NCBI GenBank assembly: GCA_002718995.2
Contig: PBGL02000029.1
Location: 10,210 to 74,209, forward strand
DNA from: Methanobacteriota archaeon
Lineage (GTDB): Archaea; Thermoplasmatota; Poseidoniia; Poseidoniales; Thalassarchaeaceae
Reading direction: 5' to 3'
DNA: 64,000 nt
Shown here: piece by piece, positions 1-10,505 of the stretch
How positions within the stretch are numbered: the stretch's first letter is position 1
Layout of the letters: every line of letters starts with the position of its first letter
The notes under the pieces: model-generated
Told to the model about the DNA's origin: nothing
The model's input: the letters and a program-made list of their open reading frames with translations, nothing else
Database searches by the model: none
Position numbers and translations under genes: made by a program

Positions 1-321
1 GCAGAGTATGAGTGGTGCAGCCACGGTCATTTCTCCTGTTTGATCCAGGCCTGTTAGAAAATCGGGCAGTACTAGAGACCCGGTCTCTTGTTCAAACCAC
101 CTCAATCCACGGGTATGCTCGTATGCTGGACACCAATACAGTGAATCGCCATATGATTCAATAAAGCTGTCAGAACAAGTTCCATAGAGCCTGGTCATCC
201 TCTGCATCAGTAGAATTAGAGAGGCGGTAGAGATTAGTTGTAAAATGATAATCTGCCATCGACGGCGGAGTTGCTTGATGTTGAGTGACTTGCTCATTGG
301 AACTTCATTTGCTGACATCAT
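1..321 (-). CDS. hypothetical membrane protein, N-terminal part only (gene runs off the left window edge)
   Basis: Own translation of the minus strand: open from ATG-ATG at 321/318 to position 1 (MMSANEVPMSKSLNIKQLRRRWQIIILQLISTASLILLMQRM...). It starts 6 nt after the DUF58 stop, with GGTGG just upstream. One predicted TM helix. Absent from the ORF track because it is truncated. No family recognised. Confidence 0.4.
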   Translation of the reverse strand, partial: MMSANEVPMSKSLNIKQLRRRWQIIILQLISTASLILLMQRMTRLYGTCSDSFIESYGDSLYWCPAYEHTRGLRWFEQETGSLVLPDFLTGLDQTGEMTVAAPLILC

Positions 322-326
322 ACCAC

Positions 327-1580
327 CTAACCCAACTTAATCTGCAATAGTGCCTGTGAGAGTTCCACGTCTGGCATCCAATCGATAACCTTGGCCCCAT
401 ATCCTGCAATGGCAGTTAGTCTATTCTGCCTCTCCAATTTCAGGACCTCGTATGACATCCTTGGAATCCTACTAACTAGTCTCTCAAGATCTATGCTACT
501 GGGTGACAGTACTATCACTTCATGGCCCTTTCCAGACAGGTTTCTGATTGCAGGCAGCGTAGTACCATCTCCCTCTAGACTGCTGATGATGAAAACGGGA
601 GATCCTCTGCTCATCCTTGGAGAGAGGGCATTTGTAACGGCCTGAAGCGGCATCGAGCCCTTTGCCTCTACTGAGGCTAGGCCACTGAGTATCTTGAAGT
701 ACTGCTTATCCCCTGTCTCTGGGGGCAAGTAGTCCATCCTAGAACCGTATGTCACAAGGGATACGGAATCCCTTCTCTTCAGGAAATAATTGGATACGGA
801 GGCGGCGGCGACCGTGCCCATTTCGAGCGGGTTCTTCAGAACAGTCCCGATCCTTGAGACGTCTCTGGTATCGACAATTACGAACACATCGGTAACCGCG
901 TCTCGGGTTTTTTCGTTCACCATCATCTCTCCCGTCCTGGCCAAGGCTTTCCAGTTGATTGACCTGAAAGAGTCCCCGGGCAAGTATTCCCTAAGGGCAT
1001 AGAACTCCATTCCGGGACCTGGTGTCTTCAGAGTAGTTGCACCGGAGTACATCTTGGGCACATCTGACCTTAGTAGCGCCTCCTCGATGTCTCTGATCTG
1101 TGGGAATACAGTGATATCTGATCTGTCGTCCATCTTCGTCTCGTTTACGAAGAGGTTGAATGCGTTCCTGTAACGGACTGAAACTGGGCCGATGGTGTAG
1201 TGTCCCCTGAGTGGACATCTGACTACATAACGAAGCTTGGCAGTTTGCCCGGGCCCTAGATTCATCCTCATCTGATTTATGCCCTTACGCATCTTCATCT
1301 CATGTGGTACGTTGTCGAAGAGCTCTAGTTGCTGTGTTCTCCGATAAGACTTGTTAGTGACCGTTAGTGAGACTACTATGTCGTCCCCCTTGTACACGTT
1401 TGTAGCAGATGTCTGTCTCTCGATCAGCAGGTCGGAATGCCCTGCAACCCAGCCGTTTATGGCCAGTAGGGAGATGAATGCGAGTCCCACTATCATTAGT
1501 TGGAAGTTTGAAATCATCATTCCGATGAGTATCAGGCTTATTCCACTAGTGAACATTATTGCCGCTTTTCTTGTCCACAT
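327..1580 (-). CDS. DUF58 (vWA-like) family membrane protein
   Basis: The block REYLPGDSFRSINWKALARTGEMMVNEKTRD is the characteristic DUF58 signature. Two N-terminal TM helices. The ATG at 1580 lies 2 nt after the upstream stop; the ORF-track start at 1616 would overlap the upstream gene by 34 nt. Confidence 0.8.
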   Translation of the reverse strand: MWTRKAAIMFTSGISLILIGMMISNFQLMIVGLAFISLLAINGWVAGHSDLLIERQTSATNVYKGDDIVVSLTVTNKSYRRTQQLELFDNVPHEMKMRKGINQMRMNLGPGQTAKLRYVVRCPLRGHYTIGPVSVRYRNAFNLFVNETKMDDRSDITVFPQIRDIEEALLRSDVPKMYSGATTLKTPGPGMEFYALREYLPGDSFRSINWKALARTGEMMVNEKTRDAVTDVFVIVDTRDVSRIGTVLKNPLEMGTVAAASVSNYFLKRRDSVSLVTYGSRMDYLPPETGDKQYFKILSGLASVEAKGSMPLQAVTNALSPRMSRGSPVFIISSLEGDGTTLPAIRNLSGKGHEVIVLSPSSIDLERLVSRIPRMSYEVLKLERQNRLTAIAGYGAKVIDWMPDVELSQALLQIKLG

Positions 1581-1582
1581 TT

Positions 1583-3226
1583 CTAGGCCCCCGAATCGGA
1601 CTCTGTCCTTCCCCATTCTTTGATTCTCTTTACTATACCCACAAGTTCGTCGGTCTTGTATCGCCTATCGTTGAAAATGAAGTCCGTCAGGACATTATCA
1701 TCTACCATCTTCTGCAGGTCAGCAGCAGGTAGTGCGTCGAACTCCTCCCTTGACATTGCGTTAACATTCCTAACTCTTGTAAGGAGTACTTGTCTGATTT
1801 TCTCAGGCCTCTGGTAGTATTCGTATCTGCGAGCATCTCCAAACCCGTAGTAGATTATCCTGAAGACGTGTCTCCAATCGTCGGGGTCCTCCTTTCTGAT
1901 TAGGACTGCCTCCAATGCAATGAAAAGTCCGAGGAAGAGGAGGAGCATCGCCATCCAATCGTTTGTGAAATATATCAGTAGGTAATACAGGAGATTGTAG
2001 GTGTCCCCCCCTATATTCGACTGCTGATGCCTACTCTCATCGAAGATCACGATGGCGTTCTCACTTGCCTTTGTACTGGAGTTTCCAATAAGAAGAGCCT
2101 CGGCGATTATGTCCAGAGCCCATTTCCTGTTGTCGTTATCGGGAACCAATCCGGAGTAATCCGGGACAAAATCAGGACTGTACAGTGAGTTGATCAGCAT
2201 TGAACCATCAGAAACAAAGTGGACCCTGCCAGAATCTGAGTCGAGGCACAATCTGTCCTGGCAGAATCTTACGTATACTGCGAAGGGACCCTGCTCATCA
2301 TCTTCTATTCCAGCTGCTTCGAAGCCAACGGTCAGATTTCCGTCGTCATTTGTATCAAGATAGGAGTCCAATGTTGATCTACCTATTGCGTATCGATTCT
2401 CGACGGGGTTGTAAGATGAAGCCTTCTCGAAGGCAGAGGGGCCATTAGTTAGGATATCATATCCCTCTGAGAAGTCCCATGTGGAAGTAGCTTGGTCGAA
2501 TCTGTGAGCGCAAAGTCCGGCCATGTCAGAACTTATTCCCTGAGTGGTCACGGAGGGGTTCAGAGGATCCTCGTCGAGCAGGTCGATGACTCCGTCTTTA
2601 TCCAAATCTTTCAGGCACGGATTAATTGATGAGAGGGATCCCGAATTGGTGGTGAAATTGAACGCAGAAGTCGTATTGACCCACACGAAGTTGTAGTCCA
2701 GTTCGTGGGCGTAAGCTTGCCCATCGTAGAGCCTATGTCCAGAGTAGTCTAATCCGAATTGGCTTGCGAGCTGTGCAGAGTAACCAAAGTCATCGAGAAG
2801 GATTACGGTGCCCCCTCTCTGTACAAAGCTCTCAATTGCTAAAATCTCAGATGTGGTGTAACCGTCCCCCTCGGTGAATTCAATCACATTCTCATCGCCG
2901 GTGAATCTGGGGAGTGAGATAGTGTCCCTCTCTACTCCTGAAACTACGAATATCGCCTCTTCTGGATAGTCTATCTCACTGAGAAGCAGCGGACTAGAGA
3001 CCAACGCATTTGTTTCTACTCCAAGACTGTTTATTTCGGATCTAAATGCGCCCAAATCGTTCCAATCATCGCCATAAGCCGACTGCTGTGTTTCACCATC
3101 CACCAAGTATGTCTGAAGCACTTCAAGAACTAATATTCCAATAAGGACCCAAAAGGCAGCTATGGATGCCCCTCTCCTGAATTTAGGGGTTGAGAGCCTC
3201 CTGAGTCTAGCGTTGAAGTCGGTCAT
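1583..3226 (-). CDS. DUF4350-like membrane-anchored protein (large acidic ectodomain between two TM helices)
   Basis: N-terminal TM (IAAFWVLIGILVLEVL), GGTVILLDDFGYS block, C-terminal TM (WMAMLLLFLGLFIALEAVLI) followed by a cytoplasmic tail. Sits directly upstream of DUF58, as in DUF4350/DUF58 operons. Family call is from memory of the architecture, not a search. Confidence 0.5.
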   Translation of the reverse strand: MTDFNARLRRLSTPKFRRGASIAAFWVLIGILVLEVLQTYLVDGETQQSAYGDDWNDLGAFRSEINSLGVETNALVSSPLLLSEIDYPEEAIFVVSGVERDTISLPRFTGDENVIEFTEGDGYTTSEILAIESFVQRGGTVILLDDFGYSAQLASQFGLDYSGHRLYDGQAYAHELDYNFVWVNTTSAFNFTTNSGSLSSINPCLKDLDKDGVIDLLDEDPLNPSVTTQGISSDMAGLCAHRFDQATSTWDFSEGYDILTNGPSAFEKASSYNPVENRYAIGRSTLDSYLDTNDDGNLTVGFEAAGIEDDEQGPFAVYVRFCQDRLCLDSDSGRVHFVSDGSMLINSLYSPDFVPDYSGLVPDNDNRKWALDIIAEALLIGNSSTKASENAIVIFDESRHQQSNIGGDTYNLLYYLLIYFTNDWMAMLLLFLGLFIALEAVLIRKEDPDDWRHVFRIIYYGFGDARRYEYYQRPEKIRQVLLTRVRNVNAMSREEFDALPAADLQKMVDDNVLTDFIFNDRRYKTDELVGIVKRIKEWGRTESDSGA

Positions 3227-3236
3227 CCGCTGCCCT

Positions 3237-3253
3237 CCATTCCATAGGAATGG
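3237..3253 (-). other. perfect hairpin ccattcc-ata-ggaatgg (7-bp stem, 3-nt loop), 10 nt upstream of the DUF4350-like start
   Basis: Inverted repeat read directly from the sequence. On the mRNA the 3' arm runs into GGAGGG (SD-like) before the ATG at 3226. Function unknown. Confidence 0.35.
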
Positions 3254-3316
3254 CCATCGAGCCTTAACTCCGTATTAATACCGTTGTGGGGCCATGAACA
3301 TAGCCGCATCACGAGT

Positions 3317-3535
3317 TCAACGAGAAAGTTGTATGGCAGACCCTATGCTAGCGACCTCAGCAACAGGTACCGATAACAGTCCTTCCACGGTGGGCCAAGG
3401 TAGAAATGTCGGATCTATTCCAGATTCGATAGAAACCAGCAAGGCTACGACATCCCCCGTATCGAGGTCAATCCTGAAATCGGCCATTGTTCCCAATTTA
3501 TCGTTCGATTCGTCGACAACATCTCTGCCAAGCAA
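3317..3535 (-). CDS. PRC-barrel domain protein
   Basis: 72 aa. The pattern LGRDVVDESNDKLGTMADFRIDLDTGDVVALLV is typical of stand-alone archaeal PRC-barrel proteins. Confidence 0.55.
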   Translation of the reverse strand: MLGRDVVDESNDKLGTMADFRIDLDTGDVVALLVSIESGIDPTFLPWPTVEGLLSVPVAEVASIGSAIQLSR

Positions 3536-3568
3536 TTCCTTACCAAATGTTGTCGGCAGCTAATCACC

Positions 3569-5794
3569 TCATACGGACTCAATCCCAGCGAGACTATCAG
3601 GGAGCCTCCTCACCGATTGAAGACCACTAGTCAACAATGATTCCATGCGATTGTAATAGAGCATCATTTCGTCAGTTACCGTAGGTCTGACTCTTTCCAC
3701 TGCCTCTTCGAAGTGCTTCTTCGAGACTGTCTTCTTCTCTGCCCTCATGGCAATAAGTCCGGCCTCCCTGCACACAGCTTCAATATCGGCACCGGTATAA
3801 TTCTCCAGCCTGGATGCTATATCGTCCATGGAAAATCTGCCTAGGGGCATTTCGGCGGTGTGAATACTGAGAATCGCCTTGAGTGCCTCTGGATCTGGCG
3901 GGGGTACGTGGAGTACCCTCTCGAATCGACCACTCCTTAGCAGAGCTGGATCAATCATTTCTGGCCTATTTGTTGCAGCAACAACAATCACTCCTTCCAT
4001 TCCCTCGACCCCGTCCATACTACTGAGCAGCTGATTTACGACCCTGTTCATCACATCTGAACCATCGCCTGAGCTTGAACGACGCATTCCAGCGATGCTC
4101 TCAAACTCATCCAAGAAAATTATTGAGGGGCTGGATTGTTTGGCTTTCTTGAAGACCTCTCTGACTGCCTTCTCGGACTCGCCGACCCACTTAGAAATCA
4201 ATTCTGGACCCTTGATGGTGATGAAGTTCGCTTTGGCCTCATTCGCTATTGCCTTGGCCAGAAGTGTCTTGCCAGTGCCTGGCGCCCCGAAGAGAACTAT
4301 TCCCCGAGGGGGGTTGATCCCGAAATGTTCGAACATTTCGGGCTTTGTCAGAGGCCATTCGATGCTTTCTTTGAGTCTGTCTTTTATCTCCTCAAGACCG
4401 CCTACTTCCTCCCACGAAACTTCAGGAACTTCGAGATAAATCTCCCTTAGGGCACTAGGTTCTATTTCCTTTATCGCCATCCTGAAGTCGGACATAATCA
4501 CAGCCATCTTCTCCAGAACCTCTGGAGGTATCTGCTCTTCATCGAGATCTATCTCTGGGAGGTATCTCCTGAGAGCCTTCATTGCGGACTCCCTTACCAG
4601 GGCTGAGATGTCAGCACCAACGAATCCGTGGGTATTATCCAATAGCCATTCTAAATCGAAGTCATCACTTATTGGCATCCCTCTGGTGTGGATGCCGATA
4701 ATCTCAGCACGTCCATTCTTGTCGGGGACACCTATCTCTATCTCTCTGTCGAATCTTCCGGGCCTCCTCAATGCAGGGTCGATTGCATCTTGCCTATTTG
4801 TAGCCCCAATTACGACTACGTTATCCCTTCCCTGCATCCCATCAAGCAGAGTCAACAGCTGGGCGACGACCCTTCTTTCGACCTCTCCGCTAACATCCTC
4901 CCTCTTGGGCGCGATACTGTCTAACTCGTCGATGAAAATTATTGCTGGGGCATTCGCAGCTGCCTCGTCGAAAATCTCTCGTAGTTGCTTCTCGCTCTCA
5001 CCATAGTACTTTGATATGATCTCCGGACCGTTTATCGAAGTAAAGTGAGCGTTTGTCTCAGAAGCAACAGCTTTTGCGATTAGGGTCTTACCGGTGCCCG
5101 GAGGGCCGTGGAGGAGAACTCCTCTTGGGGGATCTATGCCTAGTCTCCTGAACAATATTGGGTGCTTCAGAGGCAGTTCTATCATCTCCCTGACTTTCTG
5201 AAGTTGGTCTCCAAGGCCACCTATGTCCTCGTAAGAGATGGTTTGAACCTCTCCTTGTTCTTCCTCGTCTACTGGGTCCTCCTTGATTACTATCTCAGTG
5301 TCCGGAAGGACCTGGACGGTTCCCTTTGGCTTGGTTGAAACGATTGCAAATGGGAGGGCCTCTGCGAACAATGTCATCCCAGGTATGAATATCCTGTCTC
5401 CAGCTACTACCGGCCTCTTGTTTAGTCCCCTTCTGGCGAATCCCTCGATTCCAGGGCCAAATCTTACCTTCTGCTGCTTTGCCATAACTGGGCTAAGTAC
5501 CAACCTCTGACAAGGCTGAGTCTCGACCTTGGTAATGCCCACCCTGTCTCCAAGACTGACCCCTGCATTTTTTCGGATAATCCCATCAACCCTGATCACA
5601 CCAAGATTCGCATCTTCTGGCCTACACCTCCATACTATGGCTGCGGTCTTCCTCTCTCCTGATATCTCAATAATATCGCCAGGCTTGAGGTTTAGATCGT
5701 TGTCAAAAGGCACTCTTGCTCGCCCGTGACCGACGTCACTGGGTATGGCCTTGGCTACTCTCAGGGTAAGTGAATCATCCGAGTCGTCTGTCAT
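3569..5794 (-). CDS. cdc48: CDC48/VCP/VAT-type AAA+ ATPase (two ATPase domains)
   Basis: D1 Walker [16 protein letters not shown] and Walker [10 protein letters not shown]2 Walker [16 protein letters not shown] and Walker [10 protein letters not shown]-domain LRVAKA...GRARV...[11 protein letters not shown]. The ATG at 5794 has AGGAG 8 nt upstream; the ORF-track start at 5848 is TTG. Confidence 0.95.
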   Translation of the reverse strand: MTDDSDDSLTLRVAKAIPSDVGHGRARVPFDNDLNLKPGDIIEISGERKTAAIVWRCRPEDANLGVIRVDGIIRKNAGVSLGDRVGITKVETQPCQRLVLSPVMAKQQKVRFGPGIEGFARRGLNKRPVVAGDRIFIPGMTLFAEALPFAIVSTKPKGTVQVLPDTEIVIKEDPVDEEEQGEVQTISYEDIGGLGDQLQKVREMIELPLKHPILFRRLGIDPPRGVLLHGPPGTGKTLIAKAVASETNAHFTSINGPEIISKYYGESEKQLREIFDEAAANAPAIIFIDELDSIAPKREDVSGEVERRVVAQLLTLLDGMQGRDNVVVIGATNRQDAIDPALRRPGRFDREIEIGVPDKNGRAEIIGIHTRGMPISDDFDLEWLLDNTHGFVGADISALVRESAMKALRRYLPEIDLDEEQIPPEVLEKMAVIMSDFRMAIKEIEPSALREIYLEVPEVSWEEVGGLEEIKDRLKESIEWPLTKPEMFEHFGINPPRGIVLFGAPGTGKTLLAKAIANEAKANFITIKGPELISKWVGESEKAVREVFKKAKQSSPSIIFLDEFESIAGMRRSSSGDGSDVMNRVVNQLLSSMDGVEGMEGVIVVAATNRPEMIDPALLRSGRFERVLHVPPPDPEALKAILSIHTAEMPLGRFSMDDIASRLENYTGADIEAVCREAGLIAMRAEKKTVSKKHFEEAVERVRPTVTDEMMLYYNRMESLLTSGLQSVRRLPDSLAGIESV

Positions 5795-5910
5795 GGCGTC
5801 GTCTCCTAACAACCGTCTCTCGTTCACGGGGGTTGTTAAACCCACCAATCATCAGGTGTCCAATGTCCCCTATTGGTTATCAGAACTAAGGGGGTCGATG
5901 AGTAGCATTC

Positions 5911-7566
5911 ATGGCGTGGTATGGATTCGCGAATCACATGACCCATGTGCTGGAAACTGGTTTCGAGACTATAGACAGAAAAAATCCGAATGGAAGCCCC
6001 TCTATCAGAGGATACAATATCATCGGAGGAAAATTGTCTCAATCAAGCGACGGGTCTACTTTCGAAAGTACCAATCCGGCTTGGCTTGAAGACTGTCTTG
6101 GCGTTTTTCCGCTATCAACCAAGTCTGATGTTCATGATGCTCTTGCAGCTGCCCGCCAAGCTTTCCCTGGTTGGGCGGCGACTCCTGCTCCCACTCGAGG
6201 GCAGGTCATAGGAAATATGGGGCGATTGCTCATGGAGCGCAAGGATGACCTTGTTCGCCTTCAGGCACGCGAGATAGGGAAGACTCTGAAGGAGTGCGGC
6301 GGCGAGATTCAGGAAGCCATCGACACTTGCTTGTTCTTCCAATCGGAAGGTCGTCGATTATACGGCCAGACTGTCAACTCGGAGTTGCCTAACAAGGAGC
6401 TTTTCACCTATCGCCGACCATTGGGCGTTTGTGGAATAATCAACTCGTGCAACTTCCCATCGGCAGTTCCTTTCTGGAAGATGATTCCAGCCATAATGTG
6501 CGGTAACACATGCGTATGGAAGTCCCCTCAAGACTCCCCTCTACTTTCTTTCGCCCTAGCACGCGTAATGCATGAGGCCGGGCTGCCTGACGGCGTCATT
6601 AATCTAATTCATGGAAACGGCAGCGGAGCTGGTCAGGCACTGGTAGATTCGGCCGATCTTGGGATGGTCGACAAGATCTCTTTTACCGGCAGTACTGCAG
6701 TTGGTAAGATGATAGGAGAGACCTGTGGTCGCAACCTGGTGAGTGCTTCACTAGAATTGGGAGGGAAGAATCCACTTGTCATCATGCCTTCGGCAAACAT
6801 CGAGAATGCTGTTGAGGGAGCTTACTGGGCGGGTTTCGGTACTGCTGGACAGCGCTGTACCAGCCTAGGGAATCTGATTATCCACGAGGACATCTACGAT
6901 GAGTTCGTTGAGCGTTTCATGGAGAAAGTGAGGTCAACTACAATCGGCGATTCGATGCGTCACGATGGGGTTCTGTACGGCCCGATGCTGTCAGAGAGGT
7001 ATTCAGTTGACTTCCTCAAAGGTGTCGATATGTGTGAATCAAGTGGCGCTACGAAGATATGGGGGGAGGGGCGAATTACCGAAGACAACAAGCCCGACAG
7101 TTTCCATGGTGATGCCAGTGAAGGAATCTACATGTGGCCTCACGTATATGTAGATGTCACCGAAGACATGGAGTGCTTCCATGAGGAGATTTTCGGACCA
7201 CTAGTGACCATAGTCAAGGCCAGTGATTTTGACCATGCATTGCACCTTGCCAATGCTTCCCCATATGGCCTATCATCTGCAATCTACACTAACGATCGGC
7301 TTGAGGCCTACCGATACAAGACGGGGATCAAGGCGGGCATGACTGGGATTAACAATTCCACCACCGGTGCCGAAGCGCATCTGCCATTTGGAGGAGTTAA
7401 GGGGAGCGGCAACGGTACTCGTGAGTCCGGGATATGGGTGATAGAGGCATATTCGTACTGGCATGCGGTAAATGACGAACTGTCAGGAAAGCTGCAACTG
7501 GCCCAGATGGACGTGGACGAAATTGAGATGGAAGAGGCAGATGCTGACTATGGCGGACTGGCCTAG
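5911..7566 (+). CDS. NAD(P)-dependent aldehyde dehydrogenase family protein
   Basis: ALDH signatures ELGGKNP and catalytic-Cys block GQRCTS, FTGST, and C-terminal [11 protein letters not shown]. Subfamily and substrate not assignable by eye. An alternative start is Met10 at 5938. Confidence 0.85.
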   Translation: MAWYGFANHMTHVLETGFETIDRKNPNGSPSIRGYNIIGGKLSQSSDGSTFESTNPAWLEDCLGVFPLSTKSDVHDALAAARQAFPGWAATPAPTRGQVIGNMGRLLMERKDDLVRLQAREIGKTLKECGGEIQEAIDTCLFFQSEGRRLYGQTVNSELPNKELFTYRRPLGVCGIINSCNFPSAVPFWKMIPAIMCGNTCVWKSPQDSPLLSFALARVMHEAGLPDGVINLIHGNGSGAGQALVDSADLGMVDKISFTGSTAVGKMIGETCGRNLVSASLELGGKNPLVIMPSANIENAVEGAYWAGFGTAGQRCTSLGNLIIHEDIYDEFVERFMEKVRSTTIGDSMRHDGVLYGPMLSERYSVDFLKGVDMCESSGATKIWGEGRITEDNKPDSFHGDASEGIYMWPHVYVDVTEDMECFHEEIFGPLVTIVKASDFDHALHLANASPYGLSSAIYTNDRLEAYRYKTGIKAGMTGINNSTTGAEAHLPFGGVKGSGNGTRESGIWVIEAYSYWHAVNDELSGKLQLAQMDVDEIEMEEADADYGGLA

Positions 7567-7775
7567 TTAGAGGTATGGCTCTCCGCATACAGAACAGGGA
7601 ATCCCGGGCAACCATGCCCCTGGCATATGCCCGCATTTCAGGCATATCGAAGACTCGAGGTCGTCACCCATCATGGAGGGCGGTCCGGTATGTCTCACTT
7701 CAATCTTGATAGATTGTCATACTAGGGAAAGCAATTGCTTAAGGATAGCCACCCGACCCTTCATACGAGGGCACT

Positions 7776-8675
7776 ATGGTGGACTGGGATCGTGAGTATC
7801 TCAGTACTCGTGGAATTGGTGTCAAGCTCCCCCTGAGAAGTGGATTCGGCAGAACCGATAGGATCGACGGGTGGTGGAAGGGGCCCACTGCAATGGCTGC
7901 GTATCTGGGCATCATGATTCTTTACTCTACATGGAGGGGAATGATGGAGGCCGATTTCTGGATTTTCGAAAACTTTGGGAGAAGTGCCGGATACTCCACC
8001 ATGGCAATAGAGTCCGAGGGTAGCCATGTCCTGAGTCCGCTATTTAGCCCACTAATAATTCCAGGCCAAGGAACATTCGGAGGGCCAATACCGGAGTTTC
8101 TATGGTGGATGAGTCCAGCGATGTTCATCCTTATTTTCCCTGCTGGCTTCAGAGGAACTTGCTATTACTACCGCAAGGCGTACTACAGAGCCTTTTTTCA
8201 GCAGCCGACTGGATGTGCTGTTTCCAAGCCATGGAATGAATACAGCGGAGAGACGGGACTATTGGTAATACAGAATTTGCATCGTTACTTCATGTACATC
8301 GCATTGGCCTATCTCCCTATCCTCTCATACGACGTTTGGCTTTCAGTAAACTTCCATGATGCAGCACATGTGCATCATTACGGCATTAGCGTTGGAACAA
8401 TCGTACTGCTAATCAACGTTCTAATGCTAACAGGGTACACGATTGGTTGCCATGCATTCAGACACGTCATTGGTGGAGGTAGTAATGACTGGACTGGCAC
8501 ACCGATGAGCAAGCTAAAGTACAGAATGTGGAAAGTTTCCACGAAACTAAATGAGAAGCACAAGGAATGGGCTCTGTACAGCCTATTCTGGGTCATGTTC
8601 ACGGATTTCTACGTCTATGCCTGCACGGACCCATTCTTTGGATGGAGAGACATTGTATTGTGGGGTGGTGTGTGA
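7776..8675 (+). CDS. succinate dehydrogenase/fumarate reductase membrane anchor (single large polytopic subunit)
   Basis: Polytopic membrane protein with conserved His residues (LHRYF, CHAFRH) and the GTCYYYRKAYYR block I associate with anchors of actinobacterial Sdh1-type enzymes. Its stop overlaps the sdhA ATG by 1 nt (TGATG). Confidence 0.6.
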   Translation: MVDWDREYLSTRGIGVKLPLRSGFGRTDRIDGWWKGPTAMAAYLGIMILYSTWRGMMEADFWIFENFGRSAGYSTMAIESEGSHVLSPLFSPLIIPGQGTFGGPIPEFLWWMSPAMFILIFPAGFRGTCYYYRKAYYRAFFQQPTGCAVSKPWNEYSGETGLLVIQNLHRYFMYIALAYLPILSYDVWLSVNFHDAAHVHHYGISVGTIVLLINVLMLTGYTIGCHAFRHVIGGGSNDWTGTPMSKLKYRMWKVSTKLNEKHKEWALYSLFWVMFTDFYVYACTDPFFGWRDIVLWGGV

Positions 8676-10495
8676 TGACTGAAATCACGACCCATGAGCA
8701 TGATGTGGTAATCATCGGAGCTGGTGGTGCTGGCCTCAGAGCTGCAATCGAGGCTAGCTCAAGAGGGGTCAGTGTGGCTATGATTTCCAAGTCCATGCTT
8801 GGAAAGGCCCACACGGTGATGGCCGAGGGAGGAGCTGCTGCTGCTCTAGCTAACAAAGATCCTAGAGACTCATGGGAGGTTCATTTCCGTGACACCATGA
8901 AAGGAGGGAAATACCTTGGGGACTGGAGGATGGCGAGGATTCACGCACAGCAGGCCCCGGACAGGATCAGAGAGTTGGAGCAATGGGGGGCCGTATTCGA
9001 TAGAACGCCCAAAGGCCTGACAAGTCAGCGAAATTTTGGAGGTCACACATATCCGAGGCTGGCCCACATAGGAGACGCGACTGGCCTAGAGCTAATCAGA
9101 ACCCTGCAGCAGAAGGGCGTCCACATGGGCATGGATGTCTTCATGGAATTTACAGTGCGAAGGCTATTCATGACCGATGGAAGGATATCTGGATGTTTTG
9201 CCTATGACCGGAACGATGGGTCATTGCATGTTTTCAAGGCCAAATGGATAGTTCTGGCCACGGGTGGAATTACCCGGTGCTGGGAAGTTTGTTCGGGCTC
9301 TTGGGAATACACGGGAGAGGGGCATGCGCTGGCATATTGGGCGGGCGCAGAGATGGGCGACATGGAGTTCGTTCAGTTCCACCCTACAGGTATGATTTGG
9401 CCTCCTTCGGTGAAGGGCATCCTAGTTACCGAGGGAGTCAGGGGGGAAGGTGGTATGCTTCGAAACTCAGAGGGGGATCGTTTCATGTTCAACTATGTTC
9501 CAGAAATGTATGCGGAAGAGTTTGCAGACACTGAAAAGGAAGCTTTGGAGTGGGTTGACGAGGTAGTATCTGGAAAGCTCGCAACAAAGCGTAGGCCACC
9601 AGAATTGCTTACCAGGGATGTCGTCGCTAAGGCGATAAACAGCGAGAGGGATGCAGGAAGAGCCTCTGAGCATGGGGGCGCCTATCTGGACATCTCCTGG
9701 AGAGATGAGGAAGAAGTGAAGAAGAAGCTCCCAGGTATGTACCACCAATTCAAGGAGCTTGCTGCAGTTGACATAACTAAACAACCCATGGAAGTGGGGC
9801 CAACTGCTCACTATGTCATGGGAGGGGTGAAGGTAGATCCCGAAACACAGGAGTCTACAATCCCGGGACTATACGCTGCGGGCGAGGCGGCTACAGGCCT
9901 TCATGGAGCGAACAGGCTAGGTGGGAACTCCCTATCTGATTTGATCGTATTCGGTAAGATTGCGGGTGGGCAAGCTGCCTCATCTGCGTCGAAGATTGGA
10001 GTCTTCGCGGAAATTGATAATTCTGAACTGGTGGAGGTCGTCGACGAGACATTGGCACCACTTCAGAGAGAAGGGGGGGAGAACCCAGCCAAGGTTGTCG
10101 AGGACTTGCGTAGGATGATGCAAGATAAGGTTGGCATAATTAGGACTAAATCGCTTCTAGAAGAGGCCCTGAAAGACCTCGATGAGCTAGAGCTGCGGTC
10201 AACCGAAACATTCGGAGGATCGGGGACAACTTACAATCCCGGCTGGCATCAAGCACTAGAAATTGGTGCCATGATAGACGTTAGCAGAATGTGCGCACTG
10301 GCAGCCCTAATGAGGGAAGAGAGTCGTGGAGGACACACAAGGGACGACTTCCCCACTCCTGATCATTCGCGATGGGGCAACATAAACAGCGTGATAGTAA
10401 AGGGAGATGATGGGGCCATGGGTATCGAATACGTTTCATACCCGCCAATTCCGGAAGACCTGAAATCTCTTCTTGATGAGGATGACATGAACTAA
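8675..10495 (+). CDS. sdhA: succinate dehydrogenase/fumarate reductase flavoprotein subunit
   Basis: FAD dinucleotide fold VVIIGAGGAGLRAA, covalent-FAD His block KAHTVMAEGG, RLGGNSL, ESRGGH. Start set at Met37 of the track ORF, where overlap with the anchor gene ends. Confidence 0.9.
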   Translation: MTEITTHEHDVVIIGAGGAGLRAAIEASSRGVSVAMISKSMLGKAHTVMAEGGAAAALANKDPRDSWEVHFRDTMKGGKYLGDWRMARIHAQQAPDRIRELEQWGAVFDRTPKGLTSQRNFGGHTYPRLAHIGDATGLELIRTLQQKGVHMGMDVFMEFTVRRLFMTDGRISGCFAYDRNDGSLHVFKAKWIVLATGGITRCWEVCSGSWEYTGEGHALAYWAGAEMGDMEFVQFHPTGMIWPPSVKGILVTEGVRGEGGMLRNSEGDRFMFNYVPEMYAEEFADTEKEALEWVDEVVSGKLATKRRPPELLTRDVVAKAINSERDAGRASEHGGAYLDISWRDEEEVKKKLPGMYHQFKELAAVDITKQPMEVGPTAHYVMGGVKVDPETQESTIPGLYAAGEAATGLHGANRLGGNSLSDLIVFGKIAGGQAASSASKIGVFAEIDNSELVEVVDETLAPLQREGGENPAKVVEDLRRMMQDKVGIIRTKSLLEEALKDLDELELRSTETFGGSGTTYNPGWHQALEIGAMIDVSRMCALAALMREESRGGHTRDDFPTPDHSRWGNINSVIVKGDDGAMGIEYVSYPPIPEDLKSLLDEDDMN

Positions 10496-10505
10496 TGGTG
10501 ATGTG

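Noticed and set aside
60-100. GTTCAAACC, a T-loop-like sequence that could hint at a tRNA
   Set aside because: The flanking bases cannot form a T-stem or acceptor stem. The region lies inside an open minus-strand reading frame.
4095-5729. Several 66-132-aa plus-strand ORFs
   Set aside because: All lie antisense within the cdc48 coding region. They are shadow ORFs.
7575-7715. 46-codon basic ORF (MALRIQNRESRATMPLAYARISG...) in the long spacer upstream of the SDH operon
   Set aside because: It has no SD, and its Arg-rich composition is unlike the acidic proteome. It is more likely non-coding regulatory DNA.
8567-8674. 36-codon N-terminal extension of the sdhA ORF in the track
   Set aside because: It overlaps the 3' end of the anchor gene in another frame. 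The FAD-binding fold begins right after Met37, which overlaps the anchor stop as TGATG.
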